DNA from: Corynebacterium glutamicum ATCC 13032
Lineage (GTDB): Bacteria > Actinomycetota > Actinomycetes > Mycobacteriales > Mycobacteriaceae
DNA length: 32,000 nucleotides
Assembly: GCF_000011325.1 (NCBI RefSeq)
Contig: NC_003450.3
Span: 90,001-122,000 of the forward strand
Reading direction: 5' to 3'
Shown: piece by piece, positions 1 to 8,804 of the stretch
How the letters are laid out: every line of letters begins with the position of its first letter
Numbering within the stretch: the first letter of the stretch is position 1
Notes under the pieces: generated by a model
What the model saw: only the letters and a program-made list of their open reading frames with translations
Told to the model about the DNA's origin: nothing
Database searches by the model: none
Program-made: the position numbers and the translations under genes

Positions 1-448
1 GACAGCCCTGGTCACCGCAGATATTGTCCGAAAACTCCGCCACATGGGAGCTGGCCTGAAATACAGAACTGGAGGTGATAGGGAAGAGCTCTTCCCCTCA
101 CCGCAGGACTTGGTCACTGTGCTGCGCACCGCCATCGATGCTGCATTGCCGTTTAAACTCACTGCAGGCCTGCATCGTGCTCTCAGGTATCGTGACGAGA
201 AAACCGGCCGACTTCACTTCGGATTCCTCAACATTGCAGCCGCCGTGGCGACACTTCGTGCTGGAAAAGGCGAGGCAGAGGCACTGAAGATCCTTGAAGG
301 CGATGATGCCGCTCCGCTTATTCACGCACTACAAAGCGGCGAAAACTGGCGGGATTCCTTCCGCAGCTTCAGTACCTGCAATGTTGTTGAACCACTCAAC
401 ACTCTGATTGATCTTGATGTGTTGGCGGAAGGAGACGTACATCCCTAA
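1..448 (+). CDS. 3' end of a conserved hypothetical protein (N-terminus lies upstream of the window)
   Basis: The frame of the 44..448 ORF stays open back to nt 2 (TALVTADIVRKLRH before the first Met), so the gene enters from upstream. I recognised no family motif. Confidence 0.55.
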   Translation, partial: TALVTADIVRKLRHMGAGLKYRTGGDREELFPSPQDLVTVLRTAIDAALPFKLTAGLHRALRYRDEKTGRLHFGFLNIAAAVATLRAGKGEAEALKILEGDDAAPLIHALQSGENWRDSFRSFSTCNVVEPLNTLIDLDVLAEGDVHP

Positions 449-457
449 GGATCGACG

Positions 458-973
458 CTAGTTAGATCGGTTTTTACGAACCTTGGATGCGCGGTTGGAG
501 TCGAGCAGTTTCCTGAGCAACGACTCCAATAAATCCTGCTCGATGTCGGTCAGGGTGCCAAACCACTCGGATTCCAAAGCATTTTGGCGGGTGGCTGTTT
601 TCTGAATGTATGTAGTGCCTTTTTCGCTAAGGCTTAAAACCTTTGAGCGTCGATCATTTTCTGCCGTCACCTGCACAATCAGAGATTCAGCGAGCAATGG
701 CTTTAACAGGTTAGAAATCGCAGACTTTTTCATTCCAGTCTTGTCAGTCACCTGGAGTGGACTCATCGGGCCATCAGTCCACAGTGAAAAGAGAATTCTA
801 TAGGACGCCAGACTTAGCCCATCAGGCCGATGAATTGAAGAGTCCGCATCATAGGCCAACAGATGTGCCACCTGATTTAGAGCGACAGAAAGCTGGTGTG
901 CGTTTTCATTTCCATCCGGTAAAAGCATGTTGAAATGGGAGTCGGCCTGTCGGGGGTGTTCATCTTGAGTCAT
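458..973 (-). CDS. MarR-family winged-helix transcriptional regulator, divergent from ureA (possibly the urease-associated regulator UreR, from memory only)
   Basis: 171 aa. The central segment MSPLQVTDKTGMKKSAISNLLKPLLAESLIVQVTAENDRRSKVLSLSEKG has the MarR wHTH pattern (HTH, then a basic wing DRR-x-K). It is divergently arranged to the urease operon with a 200-bp shared control region. Confidence 0.85.
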   Translation of the reverse strand: MTQDEHPRQADSHFNMLLPDGNENAHQLSVALNQVAHLLAYDADSSIHRPDGLSLASYRILFSLWTDGPMSPLQVTDKTGMKKSAISNLLKPLLAESLIVQVTAENDRRSKVLSLSEKGTTYIQKTATRQNALESEWFGTLTDIEQDLLESLLRKLLDSNRASKVRKNRSN

Positions 974-1056
974 CGGTGCAAGCTTACGTCAAAATCAATA
1001 AAAGGCCGGTACACGGCGGTTTTATGCTTCATTTTTAAGGGGGTAGATATGCAGAT

Positions 1057-1066
1057 GTAGCGCTAC
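1057..1066. promoter_or_regulatory. Perfect 10-bp palindrome GTAGCGCTAC in the MarR/ureA divergent region; candidate operator
   Basis: GTAGCGCTAC is its own reverse complement. It is preceded by GTAGAT..CAGATGTAG half-site-like repeats at 1043-1060. Confidence 0.3.
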
Positions 1067-1173
1067 TTTCCTCTCAAAGGAAAGCAGTATATTGTCGGTT
1101 TTTTAGAGGCTCTCCCAAATATTGCGTTGGGGGAGCTAAACTAATTTCTGTTACCTGACAGAAAGGGGCAAAA

Positions 1174-1476
1174 TTGCATATCACTCCTCGTGAACAAGAA
1201 AAACTGATGATCGTGGTGGCGGCTGACCTTGCACGTCGCCGTAAAGATCGCGGCCTAAAACTTAACCACCCAGAGGCCGTCGCCCTCATCACGTATGAAC
1301 TGATTGAAGGCGCCCGTGACGGACGCACAGTCGCAGACCTTATGAGCTGGGGAAGCACCATTTTGACTAGGGATGATGTCTTAGAAGGCATCCCAGAGAT
1401 GATCCCTGACATCCAGGTTGAAGCAACGTTTGATGACGGCACCAAGCTCGTCACCGTGCACAATCCCATCCGATAA
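1174..1476 (+). CDS. ureA: Urease subunit gamma
   Basis: 100 aa. [39 protein letters not shown] is the canonical UreA N-terminus. TTG start, with GAAAGGGG Shine-Dalgarno 6 nt upstream. Confidence 0.95.
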   Translation: MHITPREQEKLMIVVAADLARRRKDRGLKLNHPEAVALITYELIEGARDGRTVADLMSWGSTILTRDDVLEGIPEMIPDIQVEATFDDGTKLVTVHNPIR

Positions 1477-1502
1477 CCCTTGATGTTTTTAGGAGTTTTG
1501 TC

Positions 1503-1991
1503 ATGATCCCAGGCGAGTACATCCTGTCCAGCGAATCACTCACCGGAAATGTTGGGCGCGAGGCCAAAACCATCGAAATCATCAACACCGGTGATAGGCC
1601 TGTGCAGATTGGTTCGCATTTCCACTTCGCTGAAGTAAACCCCAGCATCAGCTTTGATCGCAGTGAAGGTTACGGCTTCCGCCTTGATATTCCATCCGGC
1701 ACCGCGGTGCGCCTCGAGCCAGGCGATGCCCGCACCGTCAACCTTGTTGCCATTGGCGGTGACCGCATTGTTGCAGGTTTCCGAGATCTCGTCGATGGGC
1801 CGTTGGAGGACCTCAAAGTCAACGTGTGGGAGGGACGCGAAGACGGTTGGCGTCGTTCCTCAGCTGCTGGTGATGCTCCACAAGAATTGCCACAGGTCGA
1901 AGCTGCTGAACGTGGCCGGAAACTAGATGACGCCACTGATGTGGACACAAATGTGGGCACAGAAGAAGGCTTTGAAGAAGGTCGAAATTAA
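1503..1991 (+). CDS. ureB: Urease subunit beta with a ~60-aa acidic C-terminal extension
   Basis: MIPGEY...GDRPVQIGSHFHFAEVNP...GTAVRLEPG matches the UreB core (~100 aa). AGGAG RBS upstream. The TAA stop directly abuts the ureC ATG. Confidence 0.95.
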   Translation: MIPGEYILSSESLTGNVGREAKTIEIINTGDRPVQIGSHFHFAEVNPSISFDRSEGYGFRLDIPSGTAVRLEPGDARTVNLVAIGGDRIVAGFRDLVDGPLEDLKVNVWEGREDGWRRSSAAGDAPQELPQVEAAERGRKLDDATDVDTNVGTEEGFEEGRN

Positions 1992-3704
1992 ATGAGTTTT
2001 GAGATTTCCCGCAAGCAGTACACCGACCTTTATGGTCCAACCGTTGGCGATTCAGTACGTCTTGCTGATACTGAGCTTTTTCTCTGTGTGGAAAAAGATT
2101 ACGCAGCAATCGGCGAAGAAGTAGCATTCGGCGGTGGCAAGGTCATTCGTGATGGCATGGGCCAAAATGGCACCTTGGTTCGCGATGTAGATATTCCCGA
2201 TACCGTCATCACCAACGTCATCGTCCTTGACTATACGGGTGTGTACAAAGCTGACGTTGCGCTTCGAGATGGCAAAATCTTCCGAATCGGAAAGGCCGGA
2301 AACCCGAATGTCATGGAAAACGTCGACATCGTCATCGGCGTTGCCACCGACATCATTGCTGGTGAAGGCAAAATCCTTACCGCAGGTGGCATCGACACGC
2401 ACGTGCACTTCTTGGGCACAGACCAGGTCAACACTGCATTAGCATCAGGTATCACCACGATGATCGGTGGAGGCACCGGCCCAAGCCAGGCGTCGATGGC
2501 TACAACTGTCACGCCAGGTCAGTGGAATACCTACAACATGCTTAGTGCTTTTGAAGGCATGCCCATGAACTTTGGCATTTTGGGTAAAGGCCATGGTTCT
2601 TCCAAATCTCCGCTGGCTGAGCAGGTTCGTGCGGGTGCAATCGGTCTGAAAATTCACGAGGACTGGGGTGCCACACCATCGTCGATCAACACTGCCCTAG
2701 AAGTAGCCGATGACATGGACATCCAGGTGGCACTCCACTCCGATACCTTGAATGAGGCCGGTTTTGTGGAAGACACCATTGAAGCCATTGCGGGCCGAGT
2801 CATCCATACCTTCCACACCGAAGGTGCTGGTGGTGGACACGCTCCTGACCTAATCCGAGTGGCTGCTCTGCCAAACGTGTTGCCTGCATCCACCAACCCA
2901 ACGCTCCCATACACCCGAAACACTGTTGAAGAGCACCTGGACATGGTGATGGTTGCCCACCACCTCAACCCAGATATTCCAGAAGACGTGGCTTTTGCGG
3001 ATTCCCGAATTCGTGCCGAAACGATTGCAGCCGAAGATGTGCTTCACGATATGGGTATCTTCTCTATCACCTCTTCGGATTCCCAGGCGATGGGCCGAGT
3101 AGGAGAGACCATCACGCGCACGTGGCAGGTCGCCGACCATATGAAACGCACCCGTGGATCACTAACGGGAGATGCTCCATACAACGACAACAACCGCTTG
3201 CGTCGATTCATCGCAAAATACACCATCAACCCTGCGATTGCGCACGGTGTGGATTATGTTGTCGGTTCAGTGGAGGAAGGCAAGTTCGCTGACCTCGTGC
3301 TGTGGGATCCAAAGTTCTTTGGTGTGAAACCTGATCTGGTGATCAAGGGTGGGTTGATGGTCAATTCCCTCATGGGTGATTCCAACGGTTCCATTCCAAC
3401 TCCGCAGCCCCGCACCCTGCGCAATACTTGGGGTGCGTTTGGCCAGGCAGTTTCCAGAAGCTCCATTACATTCCTATCCCAGGACGCTATCGATGCAAAT
3501 GTTCCTGATCTGCTGAATCTGAGGAAGCAGATCCGGGGCGTTCGAGGTGTAAGGAATCTGACCAAACGAGACATGAAACTCAATGCAGAAATGCCTGATA
3601 TTCGTGTCGATCCAGAGACCTACCAGGTGTTTGTCAACGGTGAGTTGATCACCAGCAAGCCAGCAGAGACAGTGCCAATGGCACGTCGCTACTTCTTGTT
3701 CTAA
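1992..3704 (+). CDS. ureC: Urease subunit alpha
   Basis: 570 aa. Ni-site motifs are present: [18 protein letters not shown] (carbamylated Lys) and [15 protein letters not shown]. Confidence 0.97.
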   Translation: MSFEISRKQYTDLYGPTVGDSVRLADTELFLCVEKDYAAIGEEVAFGGGKVIRDGMGQNGTLVRDVDIPDTVITNVIVLDYTGVYKADVALRDGKIFRIGKAGNPNVMENVDIVIGVATDIIAGEGKILTAGGIDTHVHFLGTDQVNTALASGITTMIGGGTGPSQASMATTVTPGQWNTYNMLSAFEGMPMNFGILGKGHGSSKSPLAEQVRAGAIGLKIHEDWGATPSSINTALEVADDMDIQVALHSDTLNEAGFVEDTIEAIAGRVIHTFHTEGAGGGHAPDLIRVAALPNVLPASTNPTLPYTRNTVEEHLDMVMVAHHLNPDIPEDVAFADSRIRAETIAAEDVLHDMGIFSITSSDSQAMGRVGETITRTWQVADHMKRTRGSLTGDAPYNDNNRLRRFIAKYTINPAIAHGVDYVVGSVEEGKFADLVLWDPKFFGVKPDLVIKGGLMVNSLMGDSNGSIPTPQPRTLRNTWGAFGQAVSRSSITFLSQDAIDANVPDLLNLRKQIRGVRGVRNLTKRDMKLNAEMPDIRVDPETYQVFVNGELITSKPAETVPMARRYFLF

Positions 3705-3728
3705 TCCGCCAACAAGGAAGGAAGATCC

Positions 3729-4202
3729 ATGATTATCACTGCGATCGACACCAACATCTACGATCAACCGGAGTTTGTTGAAGGACGCGATGTCATCGGT
3801 GTGCGCTTTGAAGATTTAGTTTTGGATAAGCGCATTCAACGGGTTGCACTCCCCGGAGGAGAAGAACTGGGGTTGCGGTTAAACCACGGGCATCCGATTC
3901 TGCGTGAAGGTGATGTGTTGAAAGCTGATGATAAGACGGTATTTGTGGTGGAGATTATCCCCACGGATGTTTTAGTTATCACGCCAAGCGATATTCACCA
4001 GATGGGATTTGTGGCGCACTCCCTGGGAAACAGGCACCTGCCAGCACAGTTTTCCAAGCCAGGTGAATTGACAGAGAAGGCAGCCATGATCGTGCAATAC
4101 GATCACACGGTGGTCAGCTTCTTGGATGAGCACGGCATCGAGTATCAGCGCACCGAACTTGTTCCGCCAATTCCTTTCAGGCATAGCGGGCACACACATT
4201 GA
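3729..4202 (+). CDS. ureE: Urease accessory protein UreE
   Basis: 157 aa. Position in the operon, AAGGAAGGAAG RBS, UreE-like GNRH motif ([12 protein letters not shown]), and a short His-containing C-terminus (HSGHTH). Confidence 0.9.
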
Positions 4203-4882
4203 TGGATCTTGACGCTGATTTTCTGCTGTTGCATTTATCGGATTCAGCACTTCCAACGGGAGCGTTTGCGCACTCATTTGGATTTGAAACTTATATGGAT
4301 GCAGAGCGAATCACCAATGCAGAGGAGTTCCAAGACTGGCTGAAAGTCCTGCTTAAGGTGCAATTGACCAGCTCTGATGCTTTGGCAATGAGGATGTTTT
4401 ACGCCACCCCGACGGTGTCTGAGCTGAAACGGCTGGATGAGCGCCTTTTTGCTGGAACTCCGGCGAGAGAAATTCGGGAAGCTAATGCTCGAATGGGTAC
4501 GCGCATGGCAGAGATCGTGGCTGAAACCTACTCCGTGCCCCTGATTGTTGAGTATCTCGAATTGATTCAACATCGAGAGCTATCAGGGCACCCGGCTTTG
4601 GCTTTGGCTCTTGCCACCCACAGCGCGGGGATTGATGTGGATCGAGCAATCCACGCTCACCTCACGGCAACGGTGAGTTCGCTGATCCAAAATGCGGTTC
4701 GTGGCATCCCACTGGGGCAAATGGCAGGTCAGCGGGTGATGTTCGCCATGCGTGAGCATATCGGTGCGGCCGTGAAACGTAGCGCGAACTTGGATGAGAT
4801 TGATTTCTGTTCGGGTGATCCAGGCTTGGATATTTCACAAATGGTTCATGAAACCCAACGCGCACGACTATTTATGAGTTAA
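4202..4882 (+). CDS. ureF: Urease accessory protein UreF
   Basis: The ATG at 4202 shares its A with the ureE TGA stop (TGATG coupling); an alternative TTG lies at 4199. [21 protein letters not shown] is the UreF signature. Confidence 0.9.
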
Positions 4883-4898
4883 GAAGGAGAAAAGAAAC

Positions 4899-5516
4899 AT
4901 GGGTCCAATCAGAATCGGCGTAGGCGGGCCGGTCGGCGCCGGAAAAACGCAGCTGGTAGAGCGGATTACGCGAGCGCTTATCGACGAAGTCAGCATGGCT
5001 GCAATCACTAACGATATCTACACCATTGAAGACGCCAAGATTCTTGCCGCCAATGGAGTGCTGCCAGAAGAACGCATTGTTGGCATTGAAACTGGAGGAT
5101 GCCCACACACTGCGATTCGTGAAGACACCTCCATGAATGATGCAGCGATCAAAGACCTTGTGGAACGCTTCCCAGATCTGGAACTCATCTTTGTGGAATC
5201 TGGTGGAGATAATCTCTCTGCAACGTTCTCGCCAGAGCTGGTGGATTTTTCCATCTACATCATCGATGTTGCCCAAGGTGAGAAGATCCCGAGGAAAGCT
5301 GGCCAAGGCATGATTAAGTCGGATTTGTTTATCATTAATAAAACTGACCTTGCCCCATATGTTGGTGCCAACCTAGATGTCATGGTGGAAGATGCCAAAG
5401 CATTCCGCAAGAACAAACCATTCTGCCTGACTAATCTGCGCACCGATGATGGTTTGGATAAGGTCTTGGAATGGATCCGCCATGAGGTGATGATGCAGGA
5501 CTTGCAGGAAGCCTAA
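4899..5516 (+). CDS. ureG: Urease accessory GTPase UreG
   Basis: 205 aa. P-loop GGPVGAGKT, metal-binding GGCPH, NKTDL G4 motif. GAAGGAG RBS. Confidence 0.97.
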   Translation: MGPIRIGVGGPVGAGKTQLVERITRALIDEVSMAAITNDIYTIEDAKILAANGVLPEERIVGIETGGCPHTAIREDTSMNDAAIKDLVERFPDLELIFVESGGDNLSATFSPELVDFSIYIIDVAQGEKIPRKAGQGMIKSDLFIINKTDLAPYVGANLDVMVEDAKAFRKNKPFCLTNLRTDDGLDKVLEWIRHEVMMQDLQEA

Positions 5517-6368
5517 ATGACACAAACCCAACCAGTGGGAACCCTGCGACTGACCATCGATGATCAAGGACCCCAAGGTCAAAGCCGTGCGGTGGAGCAA
5601 TTTCACCAGGGTGCGCTTCGAGTCATCCGGCCACACTACTTGGATGATTCCGGACAGGTTTGCTACACCATCATTGCCATTGGTGGCGGATACCTGGGCG
5701 GCGATGTGTATGAGCAGCAATTCACGATCAAAGACAACGCAAAAGCTTTGATCACCACGCAATCGGCCACCAAGATTTATCGCACACCGCAAGGACCAGC
5801 CACGCAGCACACCGAAATCAACGTCGGTGAAAATGCTGTGCTGGAATACTTGGCGGATCAAACCATCGCGTACCGGGAGGCCACCTATCATCAATTCACC
5901 AAGGTGGCGCTGCACCCGAGCGCAACGTTTGTGATGAGCGAACAAATCACCCCAGGCTGGCACCCCGACGGCAAACACTTTGCTTACGATGAAATGCGTC
6001 TACACACCGAAATCACGGACTCCACCACAGGGCGACTCGTGCTCTTGGATAATTTACTGCTCCGGCCGGACTCCCGAGAGGGAAGTTTTGGGTGGACGGA
6101 ACAGTACACACATTCAGGGCAGATGATTGTGATGGGGGAAGGCGTCGATAAGCAGCTTGTTGCTGAGCTGAATGAGCAACTTGCCGCGCACCCTGATGTG
6201 TACGGCGCCGTCAATTTCTTAAGCGCGCCGGGCACGTTACTGCGCGGATTTATTGCGCGCACGCTGAGCAACCGCACTGAGGAGTTGATTAACCTGCACG
6301 AACACATTGCGTCGCTGTTGCGCGGGCGGTGGCGCGGGCAGGAACCGGTGAATTTGCGGAAGTACTAG
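5517..6368 (+). CDS. ureD: Urease accessory protein UreD (UreH)
   Basis: 283 aa. It is the last gene of the cluster, and its start abuts the ureG stop (TAAATG). Size and position are typical for UreD. Confidence 0.85.
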   Translation: MTQTQPVGTLRLTIDDQGPQGQSRAVEQFHQGALRVIRPHYLDDSGQVCYTIIAIGGGYLGGDVYEQQFTIKDNAKALITTQSATKIYRTPQGPATQHTEINVGENAVLEYLADQTIAYREATYHQFTKVALHPSATFVMSEQITPGWHPDGKHFAYDEMRLHTEITDSTTGRLVLLDNLLLRPDSREGSFGWTEQYTHSGQMIVMGEGVDKQLVAELNEQLAAHPDVYGAVNFLSAPGTLLRGFIARTLSNRTEELINLHEHIASLLRGRWRGQEPVNLRKY

Positions 6369-7117
6369 ACGGCGTCGAGAAATCGAAGCACCCTGGCGGC
6401 AAGGCCTAAGGGGTGCTCGAAAATTGCGTAGTGTCCGACATCGTGGAGTTCTTCAACGGTCAGATTTTGATAGATCGGGCCGAATGCGGATTCCACGGCA
6501 GTTTTAGTGACCGCGGGGTCGAGATCGCCGGTGAGAATGTACACGGGCAAATCTTGGGTGCCTAAATCCGCTGCGAAATTACAATCAGCCCACGCAAAAA
6601 AGTACTTTTCAACGGCCTCTGGAGTGGAATTCTGCACCGTCGAGTCGGTGAGATCATCCAACCACGCGGCAGGTTGGCGAGATCCTGAGGTGAAATCGAT
6701 GATGGCTCGCCTCGAGTCCGGGTTGTGCCCTGCTGAGGTGAAAAGCTTCCGAGAATCCTCATCGAATGGTGTTCCAGCTGCAGCAACGGCAGAAATTCCA
6801 ACCAGTGAAGCGATGGGGGTGGCGCTGTCTGCAAGGACTTTCTGCATGAACACTCCACCCATGGAATGGCCCAGGATGGAAACCTTTTCTGCCTCAATCG
6901 AGTCGATGTATGCAACGATATCCGCTGAAATTTCCTCCAGAGTAAATTCTCCTGCGTCGTCTTTTCTGTTGCCGTAACCTCGGTAATCCCAAAAGTGCCA
7001 GGTGTAGTTGCCGAGGTCAAGATAGTCAGCGAAAGCTCCCCAGCCCGCAGCATGACCAAACCAACCATTTAAGACAACCACATGATGAGGTCCTGAACCT
7101 TTAATAAGTGCAGACAT
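6365..7117 (-). CDS. Alpha/beta-fold hydrolase
   Basis: GHSMGG nucleophile elbow and an HGWFG-like oxyanion region (VLNGWFGH). The ATG at 7117 has an AGGAG SD 5 nt upstream, so I prefer it to the longer ORF start at 7144. Confidence 0.85.
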   Translation of the reverse strand: MSALIKGSGPHHVVVLNGWFGHAAGWGAFADYLDLGNYTWHFWDYRGYGNRKDDAGEFTLEEISADIVAYIDSIEAEKVSILGHSMGGVFMQKVLADSATPIASLVGISAVAAAGTPFDEDSRKLFTSAGHNPDSRRAIIDFTSGSRQPAAWLDDLTDSTVQNSTPEAVEKYFFAWADCNFAADLGTQDLPVYILTGDLDPAVTKTAVESAFGPIYQNLTVEELHDVGHYAIFEHPLGLAARVLRFLDAV

Positions 7118-7238
7118 GTCAGCTCCTGAGAGTGTGAGAAACATGGGACGTGCTACTAGATTTGCATCCCAAAGTACTTGAACTTTTGCGCTGCTGCAGT
7201 CGGGGTATTCACTTTGGCTGGTAACCTGTAGACAACAT

Positions 7239-7269
7239 GGCCGGCCCTCCCTATTTAGGGATGGGCCGG
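7239..7269 (-). terminator. GC-rich hairpin downstream of the MFS gene (probable intrinsic terminator)
   Basis: CCGGCCC-TCCCTA / TAGGGA-(T)-GGGCCGG forms a ~13-bp stem with a 2-nt loop, ~50 nt after the MFS stop. T-rich flanks on both sides. Confidence 0.55.
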
Positions 7270-7315
7270 TTCTTAATTGGGTTGCTAACTAGAATTTCAG
7301 GTCGTAGGTAGAAAT

Positions 7316-8470
7316 CTAAACCACATACCCGCGCTTGATTTGTACGCCGCGGATTACTGCGGAGCCAAGGGCGAGCGCCGCCAGCGCGTACAGCGGAATG
7401 GAGGCGCCAAGGTGCGGGAGGAGGGCGTCGAGAAGCACTGGCAGCCCGAATCCCAAATACGTGAACACATAATAGATGCCGATGCCGGTGCCACGTCGGT
7501 TGAGTGGCGTGTAAGTTTCGATGCTGAGGAGGCCTTCGCGCAGGCAGAGGCCATATGCGGTGCCGAACAGGATCGAGGCGATAACGAAAAGCCACACTGG
7601 AATGGAGTCGCCACCAAAAGCTGCCAGCGCAAAACCCGCGAGGGCACACAGCGCGCCCACGATTCCGGAGCCACGACCCCACGCGAATTTCCTACCTAAA
7701 AATTGTGCGATCAGGCCTGCGCTGAAGGCGATCGCCGCGCCGATTCCGGGGAGAAGAATGGCGTTGCCGAAGGTGGAGTCGATGCGCGCGGACATCACGA
7801 TCAGGGAGGTGGTGATGCAGCTGAACACCCAAATTGCCATCGGCAAGGACACCGCGAGGGCCTTTTTCATGCTTCGTTCGTGTTTGATTCCGCTGGATGC
7901 GCCAAGTGCGCTCGGGGTGCTGCGGGCATCGCCAAGCGCAAATCCCACAACCACCGCGATCAGCGAGAGGGCAACGCTTATGGCAAAGGGCGTAATAATG
8001 CTTGTCGACGCCATCCCCAACCCACTTGTCACAATCGGCCCCATCATGAAACCGGCGGTCAGAATAATGCCGGCCAATGTCACGCCGCTTGCTCCGCGCA
8101 ATCTGCCCGCCCATGCGGTGCCCGCGCTGACGACTAATCCAACGCCCAGACCAACGATGAATCGTCCTACCAGGAGGGAAGGACCATCATGAAACGCTAA
8201 AAGAGAAAGGTTTCCAAGCGCAGAAAGTACACCTCCGGTGAGTACCACCATGCGGGCACCAAAACGGTCGGCAAGCACACCGCCTGCGAGCAAACTTGGA
8301 AGAAGTCCCAGTGCATAAATACCAAAAGCGCCGTTGACCAGCACGCTTGATACGTCTAATTGTTCACGGATCAACACCAACACTGACGCGAAATGATTGG
8401 CTGCCCATCCTGCAGTAAACAGCAGGATGGTAACACCTATGAAGACGCGATTGGCGTTTCCTGATCTCAT
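7316..8470 (-). CDS. MFS-type transporter
   Basis: 384 aa, hydrophobic throughout (roughly 11-12 TM-length stretches). MFS motif-A-like GGVLADRFGARMV follows the second TM. Confidence 0.85.
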   Translation of the reverse strand: MRSGNANRVFIGVTILLFTAGWAANHFASVLVLIREQLDVSSVLVNGAFGIYALGLLPSLLAGGVLADRFGARMVVLTGGVLSALGNLSLLAFHDGPSLLVGRFIVGLGVGLVVSAGTAWAGRLRGASGVTLAGIILTAGFMMGPIVTSGLGMASTSIITPFAISVALSLIAVVVGFALGDARSTPSALGASSGIKHERSMKKALAVSLPMAIWVFSCITTSLIVMSARIDSTFGNAILLPGIGAAIAFSAGLIAQFLGRKFAWGRGSGIVGALCALAGFALAAFGGDSIPVWLFVIASILFGTAYGLCLREGLLSIETYTPLNRRGTGIGIYYVFTYLGFGLPVLLDALLPHLGASIPLYALAALALGSAVIRGVQIKRGYVV

Positions 8471-8502
8471 GGGTGCTCACTTTAATTCATAAGCAGCATG
8501 TT

Positions 8503-8528
8503 TTCTTGGGATTTCTTGGGTTCTTGGG
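8503..8528. repeat. Three tandem copies of TTCTTGGG (CCCAAGAA on the MFS-coding strand) 33-58 nt upstream of the MFS start
   Basis: Copies at 8503-8510, 8513-8520 and 8521-8528, read directly from the sequence. Confidence 0.7.
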
Positions 8529-8546
8529 CGGTCTGTTTCCCTCAAC

Positions 8547-8672
8547 CAAACCAGGTGACCAAAGGAGTGTATGTCGAGGTTCCCTTGGTCATATGGGCTG
8601 GTTCTGAAGTCTGATAACCGTCCCATATGACCAGTGGCGGGCTAGCCGATGCGTTTTCGGTCACCTGGTTTG
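8547..8672. repeat. 126-bp nested inverted-repeat element (14-bp perfect outer arms, 12-bp perfect inner arms)
   Basis: Outer arms: CAAACCAGGTGACC (8547-8560) / GGTCACCTGGTTTG (8659-8672). Inner arms: TGGTCATATGGG (8586-8597) / CCCATATGACCA (8622-8633). An alternative pairing is GACCAAAGGA (8557-8566) with TCCCTTGGTC (8581-8590). Confidence 0.7.
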
Positions 8673-8804
8673 CTCGGCCCTCAAAGAGGAGAAAAACTGC
8701 CCCTCGGTCTAAAGAAAGTGCCCTTCCAGAATCGCTCTCAAGCGCCTAAAGCAGATCTGCCTAGACCGACACCCATTCTGAAACTTCGACTCTTTAAACG
8801 GCCG

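Noticed and set aside
1000-1027. A-run/GCCGGTACACGGC/T-run hairpin in the MarR/ureA region as a terminator
   Set aside because: Only a 4-bp stem forms, and it lies between two divergent start sites where no transcript needs terminating.
974-1173. Search for an AmtR-type box (CTAT-N6-ATAG) upstream of ureA
   Set aside because: No CTAT...ATAG arrangement is visible in this spacer by eye. I do not claim a site, and a matrix scan would be needed.
7521-8192. 223-aa and other ORFs antisense to or out of frame with the MFS gene (7251..7682, 7692..8114, 7703..8137)
   Set aside because: All lie within the MFS coding region and translate to Pro/Arg/Ala-rich sequences with no motifs. These are the usual high-GC artefacts.
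8503-8528. Tandem TTCTTGGG repeats considered as a CRISPR-like or VNTR array
   Set aside because: There are only three 8-10 bp units with no spacers and no cas genes, so it is not a CRISPR. I kept it as a simple repeat or possible operator.
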